Positions 39,530-49,366 of a stretch of DNA of 64,000 nt are shown here, one piece after another (position 1 is the first letter of the stretch; the number at the start of each line of letters is the position of its first letter). The position numbers were made by a program, and so were the translations under genes. The notes beneath the pieces were generated by a model. It was not told the DNA's origin and made no database searches. It was given only the letters and a program-made list of their open reading frames with translations. The DNA is from Candidatus Curtissbacteria bacterium RIFOXYA1_FULL_41_14 (GTDB lineage: Bacteria > Patescibacteriota > Microgenomatia > Curtissbacterales > GWA2-41-24). The stretch covers positions 153,173 to 217,172 of the forward strand of contig MFCA01000029.1 of assembly GCA_001775095.1 (NCBI GenBank). Reading direction: 5' to 3'.

Positions 39530-41034
39530 TAATTTGTGAATTGATGTTTTTCGACTACAAGGTCACCGGGGAATTCTTTTCTCGTCAGAACCACTGTTTT
39601 ATCTCTTGTTTTATCACCATACCAGCCGCCTTTATGGTATTTTTTGGAGGATTCTTCACGAATGACAAGGTACATAATATTCTGGTTTTTCTTTGGATTT
39701 TCCAACAATCCACGCCTATTGTACCAGTAAACTAGATAGTCAAAAGGGTAGTCAAAAATCGCGGGACTATATGCGTAGAAAGTGTAATTTTGGGGATTTT
39801 GTGAAGCAATATAATCCATGACCATTTTTTGATTTCGGTATGTACCTCCATCACCTAACCAACTAATTTTAAAAGGTGATATAAGCCCGCTGTTAAAATT
39901 TAATACAACCAATATCAGTATTAAAATGCTTATGGGTATTTTCAATTCTTTTATTGAGTAAGCATATAAAAAAATTTTCGAGAGGATAACTATAAATAAA
40001 ATAGGCAATCCTATTAAGTAATAGTTCCAAACTATGTCTTTGAAGATAGTAAAGAATACTAAGGAAAAAGCTAAAATTACTAATAAATATCTCAGGAAAA
40101 AATCGTTTTTCAACAGGTGCCAACTTCTCTTATCCCTTGAGATAATGAGAATTAAGACACCTATCGCAATTATTAAGGCTAAAGCGAATATTTTATTATT
40201 TTTCGTAAATGCCTGAGAAAAGATTTCCCAATAAAGATCCAGCCGATTATATAATCTATTAATTATTGGTACCTCTTGCCCATAATTTATAGGGTGAATT
40301 ATGTATGAGGCAATAGATTTTGAGATTAAGAAGTTATGTTTAATATCAAATATAATTCTCGGCGAAAGTATAGCTGCCATGCCTAAAAATGTTAATAAAA
40401 AGTGTTTCTTGTAAAAAATCTTCCTAAAAAGTAATAGCGATATTAGTACATTCAGAGACAACATCAACCCAAAAGGGAGTTCTGAATCCATAATCAAAAA
40501 TGCAATAATGCCCATAAAGAAAAATAGACTGTAGGAGGGCTTATTTGAAATTCGAAGTATAACGTAAAAGAAGGCTATGAGTAAAACAGGTGTCAAGGAG
40601 GTATTCCAGATTAGAGTTGGTCCAAGCATCCACGACGATGACATGGATGCGATGAGTGCTAAGGAGAATGCCAGAATTGATGATCCAGTGACTTTTCTTA
40701 ACAAGAAGAATAAAAAAATAACAGTCAGCACCGCCAGGAGTCCGAAAAAATTTGCGACTCCTTGAGGGTTACCTTTAGAAAAAAATAATATAGGTGATAG
40801 AAAATAATACCACCATGGACCATAAAAGATACCTTGAAGTCCACTGGTAGGACCAATTAAGGTTGGCTGATGTTCAAAAACTATCTGGGCTACCTTTAAC
40901 AGATCTCTTCCCTGATCATATGTGAACGCAAAAAAGCCCTGAGCGGTGATCGGTATTTTAAGAAGTAAATTAACAAGCGTAAGGATTAATAGTCCAATAT
41001 AATCAATCCTTGATAATTTTAGTGTTTCCTCCAT
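39529..41034 (-). CDS. Polytopic membrane protein family B (GT-C-like), paralog B2
   Basis: 'FAFTYDQGRDLLKVAQIVFEHQPTLIGPTSGLQGIFYGPWWYYF'. Confidence 0.5.
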   Translation of the reverse strand: MEETLKLSRIDYIGLLILTLVNLLLKIPITAQGFFAFTYDQGRDLLKVAQIVFEHQPTLIGPTSGLQGIFYGPWWYYFLSPILFFSKGNPQGVANFFGLLAVLTVIFLFFLLRKVTGSSILAFSLALIASMSSSWMLGPTLIWNTSLTPVLLIAFFYVILRISNKPSYSLFFFMGIIAFLIMDSELPFGLMLSLNVLISLLLFRKIFYKKHFLLTFLGMAAILSPRIIFDIKHNFLISKSIASYIIHPINYGQEVPIINRLYNRLDLYWEIFSQAFTKNNKIFALALIIAIGVLILIISRDKRSWHLLKNDFFLRYLLVILAFSLVFFTIFKDIVWNYYLIGLPILFIVILSKIFLYAYSIKELKIPISILILILVVLNFNSGLISPFKISWLGDGGTYRNQKMVMDYIASQNPQNYTFYAYSPAIFDYPFDYLVYWYNRRGLLENPKKNQNIMYLVIREESSKKYHKGGWYGDKTRDKTVVLTRKEFPGDLVVEKHQFTN

Positions 41035-42230
41035 TTTGTTACGCCTCTATCGAAAAATATTACAATGAATAATGTCAGGATAAGGGGAGCAACTGTTACC
41101 GCCTGCATGAAATTAATTGTATTGGGATGCGACCAATCGCCATAAAAAAGATATGGAAGATAGCGTAAGCTGGCCCCGACAGACAAGGTAATTGATATCA
41201 TAACAAGATTTAATCTTGGTAGAAGGGCAACAAATGGTAAAGTCCAGAATAAGTACCATGGTTGAAATTGGACTTGAGTGGCTCCGGCTGAGACAAAAGG
41301 GACGGTAATTCGAAATGAGGAAAATAAATACGTAAAGATTGCCATTGTTAGCAAATTTGCCAATACGAAGGAGTTAATTTTTTTCATTTTTCCGATACTG
41401 GCAAACAACAGCCAAGGTAAATTTAGGATCGGGATGTACTTAATCAAAACCCCTGCAAAAAGAATTGCCAATGACCAAAGGTTCTTACCGATGGCAAAGA
41501 AATATAATGATCCGAGCATAAAAGTTGCCAGAACCACATCGTTATGAGCGTTGGCCACGCCTTCTATCAGAAAAAGTGGGTTGAAAGTATAAAAAGCAGT
41601 CCCAAAAGTTGCCATCTTAATATTAATTCTTTTCAAAATTTTCCAAATTAAGTATGCATTGATTAAATGGAAAGAAGCGATAAAAATTTTAAATGTTAAG
41701 AAATTCAGAGTAAATTTTCCTAAGCCTAAGAACGCTGGAATGATTGACATACCAAGCCATAATGGTCCATATGGCGACAAGCGGTGCACCCAGCGCATAA
41801 ATCTTAACCAGTCATCATTTGGAAAATCCAGTGGTCTATAAGTGTAGGGACTTGCATGATAGTTGAGAATTATCTTAGCGTCAAAAAGATAATTAAAAAG
41901 ATCAGACGATAAAAAGGGGTAAGCCAAGATTAGTACTGACGTGTTGGCAATGGTTGATAATCTTAAATATCGTAAGCCAATTTTATTTCTGTAAAACAAC
42001 CACAAGTTAATAATGAAAAACGAAAAAGTAGTAATTATCAAAATCAAATAAATCAGAGTTGCTTGTGGCCGATGATAGTACCCCAGTTGTTGCATCAACC
42101 TGATAAATGAGAGCAGTTGAGGATTTTGAGATAGGGTCAGATTAAGGTCAACATAAGCATATGAAAACACTGTCAAGAAGCCATAAAGGGTAACATTAAT
42201 GCCGAGAAGAATCTTTTCGAGTTTTGACAC
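41019..42230 (-). CDS. Polytopic membrane protein, hypothetical (possible GT-C)
   Basis: 403 aa with about 10 TM segments. Confidence 0.45.
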   Translation of the reverse strand: MSKLEKILLGINVTLYGFLTVFSYAYVDLNLTLSQNPQLLSFIRLMQQLGYYHRPQATLIYLILIITTFSFFIINLWLFYRNKIGLRYLRLSTIANTSVLILAYPFLSSDLFNYLFDAKIILNYHASPYTYRPLDFPNDDWLRFMRWVHRLSPYGPLWLGMSIIPAFLGLGKFTLNFLTFKIFIASFHLINAYLIWKILKRINIKMATFGTAFYTFNPLFLIEGVANAHNDVVLATFMLGSLYFFAIGKNLWSLAILFAGVLIKYIPILNLPWLLFASIGKMKKINSFVLANLLTMAIFTYLFSSFRITVPFVSAGATQVQFQPWYLFWTLPFVALLPRLNLVMISITLSVGASLRYLPYLFYGDWSHPNTINFMQAVTVAPLILTLFIVIFFDRGVTKWRKH

Positions 42231-42236
42231 TTGCCA

Positions 42237-43619
42237 TTATTTTACAGAAACAACTTCGATAAAGCTAATAGTTTTGATTTCAACTTGTTTATCAGGAAAA
42301 GCTTTCTGATATTTTAATTTTAAAAAATACTCCGGTATATTATTTTCCAGGATGTATAGATTTTTTCCGCCTTCCCGGGGCTCTTTTTTTGATAATTTAA
42401 AAAGTGTTGGATAGCCGGTATTAAGTGAGATGGGTAAGTTATTGTAAAGATTATATGTCTGATTGTTGGTGTCGTTAATTATCAACTCGACAACCTTTTT
42501 TTTAGTTTCATAATTAACCCATGAGCTATAATTTATGGCTCTGCTAACGTTAGTGAATAGAAAAATTACTGCAAATGTTAAAAAAATCCAAAAGAATTTC
42601 CTTGCCGAAATGGAAACAAGCAAGATCATAGGTAATAAAACCTGTTGAAAATAATAATTCGGTACCCACCCTTTATAGAAAACAAAGCCCACAAAAGTAA
42701 AAATAATCCAAAATGGCAAAAATAGAAATAAACGGTTTTTTGACTTTAAGACTAGATAAATTCCAGAACCTATTAGGACAAGCGTTATTAGCGAAAAAAT
42801 TAATGAACTTGATTGGAAGAGATAAAAGGAAAAAAACGGAGTTAAGACATCTCTGAATAAAAACATGGATCTGAAGAGATAATCTTCGCTAGTAATATTT
42901 TGGTGAATAAAGTTAAGAAAGTTATTCAAAAGGATATTGTCATGACGGAAATTGAAAACAACCAGAGGTAAATAACTGGCCAAAAATGCCAGCGCAGCAG
43001 CGATAAAGACAAGCACGCTTCTTTTTGGTCTAATTAAGGCAAACAGGAAAAATGCTAAGGCTGAAAAAATAAAGACCGGATTAAAATTGACTACAGCAAT
43101 ACCAGCGATAAAGGCTCCAAAGACAATATATTTGTTTTCACCTAAAAAATATTTATAAAAGCAAAACAAAAGACCAGTAGAGGCTAGAAACAGGAAATAG
43201 TTGCTGTTGACACCTCCTTCAAATGAAATTTGGGCAAAAGAAACAGCATAAATTAAGCAAGTAATTGTTGCTGTTTTAGTATCAAAAATTTTTTGGGCAA
43301 TAAAATAAAGAACGGCTATGGTTATGACACCAATGATGAGGTAAAAATAAGGAACGCAATCAGGTGAAAGTTGGCAAATTCCGTATGGAATAAATTGTAT
43401 CCAGTTATGTAAGGGCCCCAAAAAAAATCCTTCAAATGATAACTCTTGTCCGACAAGTGTTATTTTATGGTACGTAAAAAAATCAAAGGCAGCCTCGGCT
43501 GGTACTTGTTGGTCGAAATCAAATGGGAAAATTTCTTCTATTTTGTAAAGTCTTAAAAATAAAGCGGCAATAAGAATAAGGGCGAGAACGAAATAACGTA
43601 TTTTGAATTTCGGAGGCAT
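42237..43619 (-). CDS. Polytopic membrane protein family B, paralog B3
   Basis: 'FDFDQQVPAEAAFDFFTYHKITLVGQELSFEGFFLGPLHNW'. Confidence 0.5.
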   Translation of the reverse strand: MPPKFKIRYFVLALILIAALFLRLYKIEEIFPFDFDQQVPAEAAFDFFTYHKITLVGQELSFEGFFLGPLHNWIQFIPYGICQLSPDCVPYFYLIIGVITIAVLYFIAQKIFDTKTATITCLIYAVSFAQISFEGGVNSNYFLFLASTGLLFCFYKYFLGENKYIVFGAFIAGIAVVNFNPVFIFSALAFFLFALIRPKRSVLVFIAAALAFLASYLPLVVFNFRHDNILLNNFLNFIHQNITSEDYLFRSMFLFRDVLTPFFSFYLFQSSSLIFSLITLVLIGSGIYLVLKSKNRLFLFLPFWIIFTFVGFVFYKGWVPNYYFQQVLLPMILLVSISARKFFWIFLTFAVIFLFTNVSRAINYSSWVNYETKKKVVELIINDTNNQTYNLYNNLPISLNTGYPTLFKLSKKEPREGGKNLYILENNIPEYFLKLKYQKAFPDKQVEIKTISFIEVVSVK

Positions 43620-44275
43620 TAGTCTTTTTGAGCAACTATTAATGATTGTTTCCCGAATATTAAATGTAAGGGTGTCAGCTTTAAGTAGAATCGTACAAGT
43701 ATGGGGATCTTGGGTAAATTGCCTTTTGTAGAATAAGGTAAAAATTTGCTCTTTTTCTCAATAATTCTGAAACCCTTTAACTCTAAAAGCTCAATCATAC
43801 TTTTATCGGAAAGCGGTAGTTGATGGTCTAAAAAATCCCAATATGCGGATCCCACGTACCTAATATTTGGCATTAAAATTATTAATCTTCCTCTTTTTTT
43901 TAATACCTTCCTAATTTCATCGACAGTAATTACCAGTTCTTCCTTGGTTGGAAGATGCTCAAAAAAATTGCTGGCAAAGACTACATCTAATTTATCTTTA
44001 ATTTTTTGGGCGAGATTAACACTTTTGCAGGCTACGACTTGCACATCACTTGCCGCGTATTTACGGGATTCCGGGTTAACATCGATAGCAATTTTATTTT
44101 GGGCTTTGATGTTATTTATAAATTCACAAAAGCCTGCGCCAAGATCACAAATTGTATCGGTGGTTTTTATGTATTTTTGGAAGAAATCCTGGCAAAGAAC
44201 TTTCCAGATTTCATTGCGAATTTTGATGTCTTTTTCGAAACGAAGTCTATAAAGCCTTGCAGTGGTATATTCCAT
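43619..44275 (-). CDS. Class I SAM-dependent methyltransferase
   Basis: 'ICDLGAGFCEFINNI' motif I, 'VVFASNFFEHLP'. Confidence 0.6.
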   Translation of the reverse strand: MEYTTARLYRLRFEKDIKIRNEIWKVLCQDFFQKYIKTTDTICDLGAGFCEFINNIKAQNKIAIDVNPESRKYAASDVQVVACKSVNLAQKIKDKLDVVFASNFFEHLPTKEELVITVDEIRKVLKKRGRLIILMPNIRYVGSAYWDFLDHQLPLSDKSMIELLELKGFRIIEKKSKFLPYSTKGNLPKIPILVRFYLKLTPLHLIFGKQSLIVAQKD

Positions 44276-45031
44276 TTAGCGATAAACGCCACGAAGGTCG
44301 TTTAGACGGACTTTAACTACGTCACGAAACATTCTCAAGGAATCTTTAATGGGATTAACTCGAGAAGTGGCAACGTGATGCCAGATAATCGGTACTTCTT
44401 TAATTTTGTAGCCTGATTTTTGGGCAAGAAATAACAGTTCAACATCAAATGCGGTGACTAAAGCGCCTTTAACCTTTTTACCTTTTGCATAAACTTTTAG
44501 TTTTTCAAAAAGCTTTTTGGCAACATCGGCCTTGAAACATTTAAAGCCGGCTTGCGTATCCCAAATTCCCCGAACCGCAATCGTCTGGACAACAAGATTA
44601 AATACTAAGCCCATTAAGTGGCGGTGAAATGGTTCTTTTTCTCTTTTGGCACCAGGGATTTGTCTGGAACCAATTACCACATCATAATCGGGGAAAAATG
44701 GAAGTAGTTTTTCAATTTCAGAAAGGGGCGTAGCTTGATCAAAATCAGTAAACAAGATCAATTCCCCTTTTGCTTCCCGGACTCCGGTCTTGACTGTTTC
44801 TGCTTTTCCCTGGTGCGGATTCTTAATAACGCGGATATTTTCGAATTTTTTTGCAAATTCACCGGCTAACTTGGCGGTTTGATCATCCGAACCGTCATCA
44901 ATAATTAAGGCCTCGTATGAATAATCTTGTTTTTCTAAATATTTCGGAACCTCATCCAAAATTCCTTTTTTAAAATTCGGCTCCTCGTTGTAGGCCGGGA
45001 TAATAACAGAAAGGTAAGGCTTTGTGGACAC
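44276..45031 (-). CDS. GT2 polyprenol-phosphate glycosyltransferase (dolichyl-phosphate beta-glucosyltransferase-like)
   Basis: 'LSVIIPAYNEEPNFKKGILDEV...ALIIDDGSDDQTAKLA', 251 aa soluble. Confidence 0.65.
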   Translation of the reverse strand: MSTKPYLSVIIPAYNEEPNFKKGILDEVPKYLEKQDYSYEALIIDDGSDDQTAKLAGEFAKKFENIRVIKNPHQGKAETVKTGVREAKGELILFTDFDQATPLSEIEKLLPFFPDYDVVIGSRQIPGAKREKEPFHRHLMGLVFNLVVQTIAVRGIWDTQAGFKCFKADVAKKLFEKLKVYAKGKKVKGALVTAFDVELLFLAQKSGYKIKEVPIIWHHVATSRVNPIKDSLRMFRDVVKVRLNDLRGVYR

Positions 45032-45070
45032 CTTAATTATTATGCTTGTTAAGACTTGTCCTTGTCAAAG

Positions 45071-45493
45071 CCCCGTTAGAGACTTTGTGAGAAAAAGAAT
45101 TTTAGCCTGTTCTTTAGATATCTTCTTCCCATGCCTGACTTAAGATACTTCTCCCTTGCCCTAGCATCTTCCCTATTTAAACCAACTTCAAAGTAAATTA
45201 TTTTCCAAGGTATTCCATGTTTAGTTGATCTATTCTTACCAGAATTATGCTGTAAAATTCTTTTTCTCAAGTTATTTGTCGATCCGATATACCAGTGACC
45301 ATTCTTTTTACTAACTAACAAGTATACGTACCACATCCCGTTAGAAGTTGACCTCAAGGATTAAGGCTCCTTATTAAGGAGCTTGAGATAATTTTTTATT
45401 GCAATCTAGATTGTATCTCAAAACAACGAAAATTTCTTCGAGATTTTCGTTAACAGACTTTTAACGGGACACATAAATTAGTCTCTAACGGGG
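45071..45493. mobile_element. Candidate GIY-YIG cassette delimited by 14-bp perfect inverted repeats (ccccgttagagact / agtctctaacgggg)
   Basis: IR-L is at 45071-45084 and overlaps the GIY-YIG stop. IR-R is at 45480-45493 and overlaps the pyrB stop and its last 4 codons. A 14-mer inverted match within 430 bp is very unlikely by chance. Confidence 0.45.
45076..45357 (-). CDS. Stand-alone GIY-YIG nuclease-domain protein (UPF0213/YhbQ-like)
   Basis: 'WYVYLLVSKKNGHWYIGSTNNLRKRILQHNSG' GIY-YIG signature. 93 aa. Confidence 0.7.
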   Translation of the reverse strand: MRSTSNGMWYVYLLVSKKNGHWYIGSTNNLRKRILQHNSGKNRSTKHGIPWKIIYFEVGLNREDARAREKYLKSGMGRRYLKNRLKFFFSQSL

Positions 45494-46395
45494 TCAAAGA
45501 GATAAAGAAGGAGTGCCATTCTGACATAAAGGCCATTTTGTGCTTCTTCAAAATAAATCGCACGCGGGTCTTTGTCGACATCTTTAGTAATTTCATTGAT
45601 TCTTGGTAATGCATGCATAATAACTGCATTTTTTTTCATCAGTTTTAAAGAATTTTTGTCAATGACATATACCCCAAAATATTTTTTATAATCCGATTTT
45701 GTCAATCTTTCTTTTTGTATTCTAGTCTGATAAATTACATCTGCTTCCCTTAGTCCATCTACTAATTTATCTGTCTCAGTAAATTCATTACCGGATTTCT
45801 TAAGTCTTTCTCTTAATTCTGGGAATATTCTCAGTTTATCGGGCGAGACAAAAATGAATTTAACCCTTGGATAAAGCGTCAACAAATACGATAGTGAGTG
45901 GACTGACCTATAAGTTGCCAGATCACCAACCATAGCTACGGTAAAATCAGGATTTTTAAACTTTGAAAAGATTGTGTAAAGATCAAGTAGTGCCTGAGTA
46001 GGATGTTCATGACTGCCATCTCCCGCATTGATAACCGGGACTTTTGAATATGAAGCGGCAATTTCCGAGGCTCCGGATACAAAATGTCTCAAAACTACTA
46101 CATCACAAAAAGAATTAACGACACGAATCGTGTCTTCAAGAGTTTCCCCTTTTATTGCCGAGGAGAACTCTGCCGCGTTATCTGTGGCAACTACAGATCC
46201 GCCAAGTCGAAGCATGGCTGATTCAAAAGAAAGCCTGGTCCTGGTTGATGGCTCATAAAAGAGAGTTGCCATAATTTTCCCTCTCAAGGCATTTTTGGGG
46301 TATTTTTTAGCTTTGATTTTATCAACAATGGAAAAAAGATTTGAGAGGGTATTTTTATCGAATTGTTTGGCAGAAATTATGTGCCTGAGTTTCAT
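45478..46395 (-). CDS. pyrB: Aspartate carbamoyltransferase catalytic subunit
   Basis: 'STRTRLSFESAMLRLGG' carbamoyl-phosphate binding motif, 'HPTQALLDLYT' and 'HALP' motifs. Confidence 0.85.
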   Translation of the reverse strand: MKLRHIISAKQFDKNTLSNLFSIVDKIKAKKYPKNALRGKIMATLFYEPSTRTRLSFESAMLRLGGSVVATDNAAEFSSAIKGETLEDTIRVVNSFCDVVVLRHFVSGASEIAASYSKVPVINAGDGSHEHPTQALLDLYTIFSKFKNPDFTVAMVGDLATYRSVHSLSYLLTLYPRVKFIFVSPDKLRIFPELRERLKKSGNEFTETDKLVDGLREADVIYQTRIQKERLTKSDYKKYFGVYVIDKNSLKLMKKNAVIMHALPRINEITKDVDKDPRAIYFEEAQNGLYVRMALLLYLFDPVRD

Positions 46396-46453
46396 CGGAG
46401 AAAATTATACACCAGTCGTTGTCATAATTTAAGACCCCTGCTTAGTTTATATC

Positions 46454-47761
46454 CTATTGTCTGGTGAATCTATAAAACCAAATCCTGTCGCCTAAATCGA
46501 TTGAGTAATCATACTTGCGGTTGCCAATTGAGGAAACTTCCCATTGGGGCAGATCGAAACCGCTTTTTGTTTCTCCCCAATCAACTAAATAAAGAGTATC
46601 TGCAAACGGGTAACCATCATAACCCAATGGTATATCACCACACTGCCTTACCCACCAACGCAATTCAAATCCTCTAAGGTCACCAATGGCGGTAGCAACT
46701 TCAAAATTTCTCTTTTGTTTATCATCACAGATAATTCCGGCCACATATTTCTGTTTGGTAACCGTCCAACCCGGTTGCATAGTGATCCCATATTTAGGTA
46801 AAGGGAAATTGTAAAGTAATAAAACTATAGTAATTGCCCCAATTAACAGTAGTCTAAAAAGAAATTTTATTCTGCGGGTGGTAAAGAAGAAGATTAATGC
46901 TATAAGCCAAAACATTACCGCTAAGAATCCAAAAGAAAAGTAATATGTGAGCCAGAGGTCTGAATTTGGATTGACACCGTTAGCAATGAAAGTCTTAAAG
47001 TTGTAAAAATTGTGTCTTAGGTCAAATATCAAATAAGGTAAATCACCAATAGTAGCACCAATCAGGAAAAATATTAAATGAAAAATATTAAAGATTCTTC
47101 TGATAAATCCCACAAACCATATGAAACCAATTAAGATAAACCAAGCTAAAATTGAGAAATGGAAACTGAAAGCTATTCCTGTAAAAATACCCGTCAAAAA
47201 CCAATATTTATTTTCCTTTTTGCTTAAAGCCTTCCAGAGAAAATAAACCAAGAATACGGAAACCAGGGGAAGAAAATTTGGATTGATAATCATTTTATTA
47301 AACTGGACCAAATAAGGATGAGTGGCAAATATTCCATAGACTAAAACCCCTGCCAGCCAATCTAATTTTCTACCTATCCACACAAAAAGAATTAATGAGC
47401 TTAAAAACCAGTAAAACAACATAAATTTTGTTATAGCAATAACATTCCAGCTGAAAATTACCCCAAGTACGCCAAGAATATAGTAATAATAAGGTCCAAT
47501 AAAATATCCCTTACCCTCGACAACGCGAGTCCCGACAATTGGGCCAATTAATCTCGGTTTTTTCAGAGCAACCATCTCCTGGACTTCTTGCATGTGCTCA
47601 CCCTGGTCAAGACTAAAAACCATAGTATTTTCGAAATTATAAAGTCTTAAAATCCAAAAGATTGAAGTAAATATGCAAAACAAAATTGCTATTGCAAACC
47701 CTTTAGGGGTTTTCAACTGGCTGATTAACTTTTTGACTTTTAAGTTTCTATTTTTTTTCAT
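46454..47761 (-). CDS. Polytopic membrane protein family B, paralog B4
   Basis: 'FSLDQGEHMQEVQEMVALKKPRLIGPIVG...GYFIGPYYYY'. Confidence 0.5.
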   Translation of the reverse strand: MKKNRNLKVKKLISQLKTPKGFAIAILFCIFTSIFWILRLYNFENTMVFSLDQGEHMQEVQEMVALKKPRLIGPIVGTRVVEGKGYFIGPYYYYILGVLGVIFSWNVIAITKFMLFYWFLSSLILFVWIGRKLDWLAGVLVYGIFATHPYLVQFNKMIINPNFLPLVSVFLVYFLWKALSKKENKYWFLTGIFTGIAFSFHFSILAWFILIGFIWFVGFIRRIFNIFHLIFFLIGATIGDLPYLIFDLRHNFYNFKTFIANGVNPNSDLWLTYYFSFGFLAVMFWLIALIFFFTTRRIKFLFRLLLIGAITIVLLLYNFPLPKYGITMQPGWTVTKQKYVAGIICDDKQKRNFEVATAIGDLRGFELRWWVRQCGDIPLGYDGYPFADTLYLVDWGETKSGFDLPQWEVSSIGNRKYDYSIDLGDRIWFYRFTRQ

Positions 47762-49273
47762 TTAACTACCCTTAATCGCCGGCTTACCGGCAGGGTTGGG
47801 GGCCCCGGACCAGTGTGTAAGTTTAAAAACTTTGATGCCGATATTGGGCAATTCCCATTCCCCTGCTATTTCTCCTCTGCCAAAGCCGGCTATTTCCCAA
47901 ATTGGATTTCCAAGCGGCGCACATTGCTGTGATTCGCAAACAACCAGCAATTGATTGGTAATCATTGTTTCAAGATCAACTGGTCTGTATCCTTTAAATT
48001 CCAGAAAATACCGATAGGCATGATCACTATTATGTTCTGAGATTAGAGCGAAATTAAACTGCTCTTCATTCGATTTTTGGATGATAAAATCGGCAACTGT
48101 TTCTGTTTGGTTGATAAGGCGATTCGGAGGTGTCTTGTAAAAACCGTTAACTGAAAAATAGATTAGTGCCAAAATAGTTACAATAACAACGGATAATCTG
48201 TAGAAAAGATTGTACCAGAAAGTGGAAAAAACAAGTCCAGCTAGCAAAAATGGCGCGGGAAACAAAAATCCGAAATAATAATCATGGACTTGCCCTTTAT
48301 AAAAACGCAGTCCTGCAAGACCGCCTAAAAACCAAATAACGGCTATTGAGAAAATTAATCTCTTTTCATAGTTTTTCCAGTGTTTGACAAGTCCGAATAA
48401 TCCGCTAAAGGTTAAAATCCAAAAAGCCAACCTGGTAATAATTGTTCCTTTAAGTCCGGTTATCCATTCTAAAAAGATATTGCCGCCATTGGATATCAAC
48501 CATGAATAACTTTTTGTCTGGTAACCGACTGTTGATCCGCGGGTTACAAATTCAAGTATCGTTTTAAAGTTTGGAAACCCGTGACGAATTTCAAATATCA
48601 AAAATGGGGAAAAGGTGATAATTGAACCGAGCAAGTAAATCAGAAATATCACCGGCCACCTTTTGAAATTGGAACTCGTAATAACAATAAGGCCAAAAAT
48701 CGCGATTAAGATTGTTGCCAGATAGTGGAGTTGAATGGCAATACCAAAAGATGCACCAGCTGCCAGAAAATACAGAATCTTCTTTCGAGTAACTCCTAAA
48801 TAAATTAAATAAATCATCAGAAGCGAGAAAAAGGGTAATGGATTCGGATTCCATGATGATCTTGAATATCTAACAACCAATGGTGCGATAGCATAAAGCG
48901 AACTTGCTAAAATCGCCGGCCAAAATCCTGCTGTCTCCTTTAAAAATTTATAGAGAAGAAGGACAGTTAAGACGCCAAAAATCGCAATCATATATGAGGG
49001 GCCAACTGGATCAAAGCGCCAAGCCCACAAAAACGGGGCTGCCATCCAGTAATAGATTGGTCCGAGATAAAAACCGCCAACCGATGCTGTCGGACCAAGA
49101 AAAGGCAGGTGGCCTTGGGTAAAAATCTCGCGCATGACTATCATGTCCCGGCCTTCATCACCAAGAAAAACAACATAATCGCCAATTTGCCAAAAACGGA
49201 AGAAGGTTGCAACGAGGATGAGTAAAATAAGTAAAGTTAGTTGAATTGGTTTGGGAAAATTAAATAGAGTCAT
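47762..49273 (-). CDS. Polytopic membrane protein family B, paralog B5
   Basis: 'FLGDEGRDMIVMREIFTQGHLPFLGPTASVGGFYLGPIYYW'. Confidence 0.5.
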   Translation of the reverse strand: MTLFNFPKPIQLTLLILLILVATFFRFWQIGDYVVFLGDEGRDMIVMREIFTQGHLPFLGPTASVGGFYLGPIYYWMAAPFLWAWRFDPVGPSYMIAIFGVLTVLLLYKFLKETAGFWPAILASSLYAIAPLVVRYSRSSWNPNPLPFFSLLMIYLIYLGVTRKKILYFLAAGASFGIAIQLHYLATILIAIFGLIVITSSNFKRWPVIFLIYLLGSIITFSPFLIFEIRHGFPNFKTILEFVTRGSTVGYQTKSYSWLISNGGNIFLEWITGLKGTIITRLAFWILTFSGLFGLVKHWKNYEKRLIFSIAVIWFLGGLAGLRFYKGQVHDYYFGFLFPAPFLLAGLVFSTFWYNLFYRLSVVIVTILALIYFSVNGFYKTPPNRLINQTETVADFIIQKSNEEQFNFALISEHNSDHAYRYFLEFKGYRPVDLETMITNQLLVVCESQQCAPLGNPIWEIAGFGRGEIAGEWELPNIGIKVFKLTHWSGAPNPAGKPAIKGS

Positions 49274-49280
49274 CTTTAGT

Positions 49281-49366
49281 AAATTTCTAATTTCTAATTC
49301 CTAATTTCTAAATAATTCCCAAATCCCAATCTCCAAATTGTTTAGGTCAATTAGTAATTAGGGCAA
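49281..49366. repeat. Intergenic heptamer/decamer repeat block: (TAATTTC)x4 then AATTAGGTCA-like units
   Basis: aaatttctaatttctaattcctaatttctaaa...ggtcaattagtaattagggcaattaggtcaatt. Confidence 0.75.
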
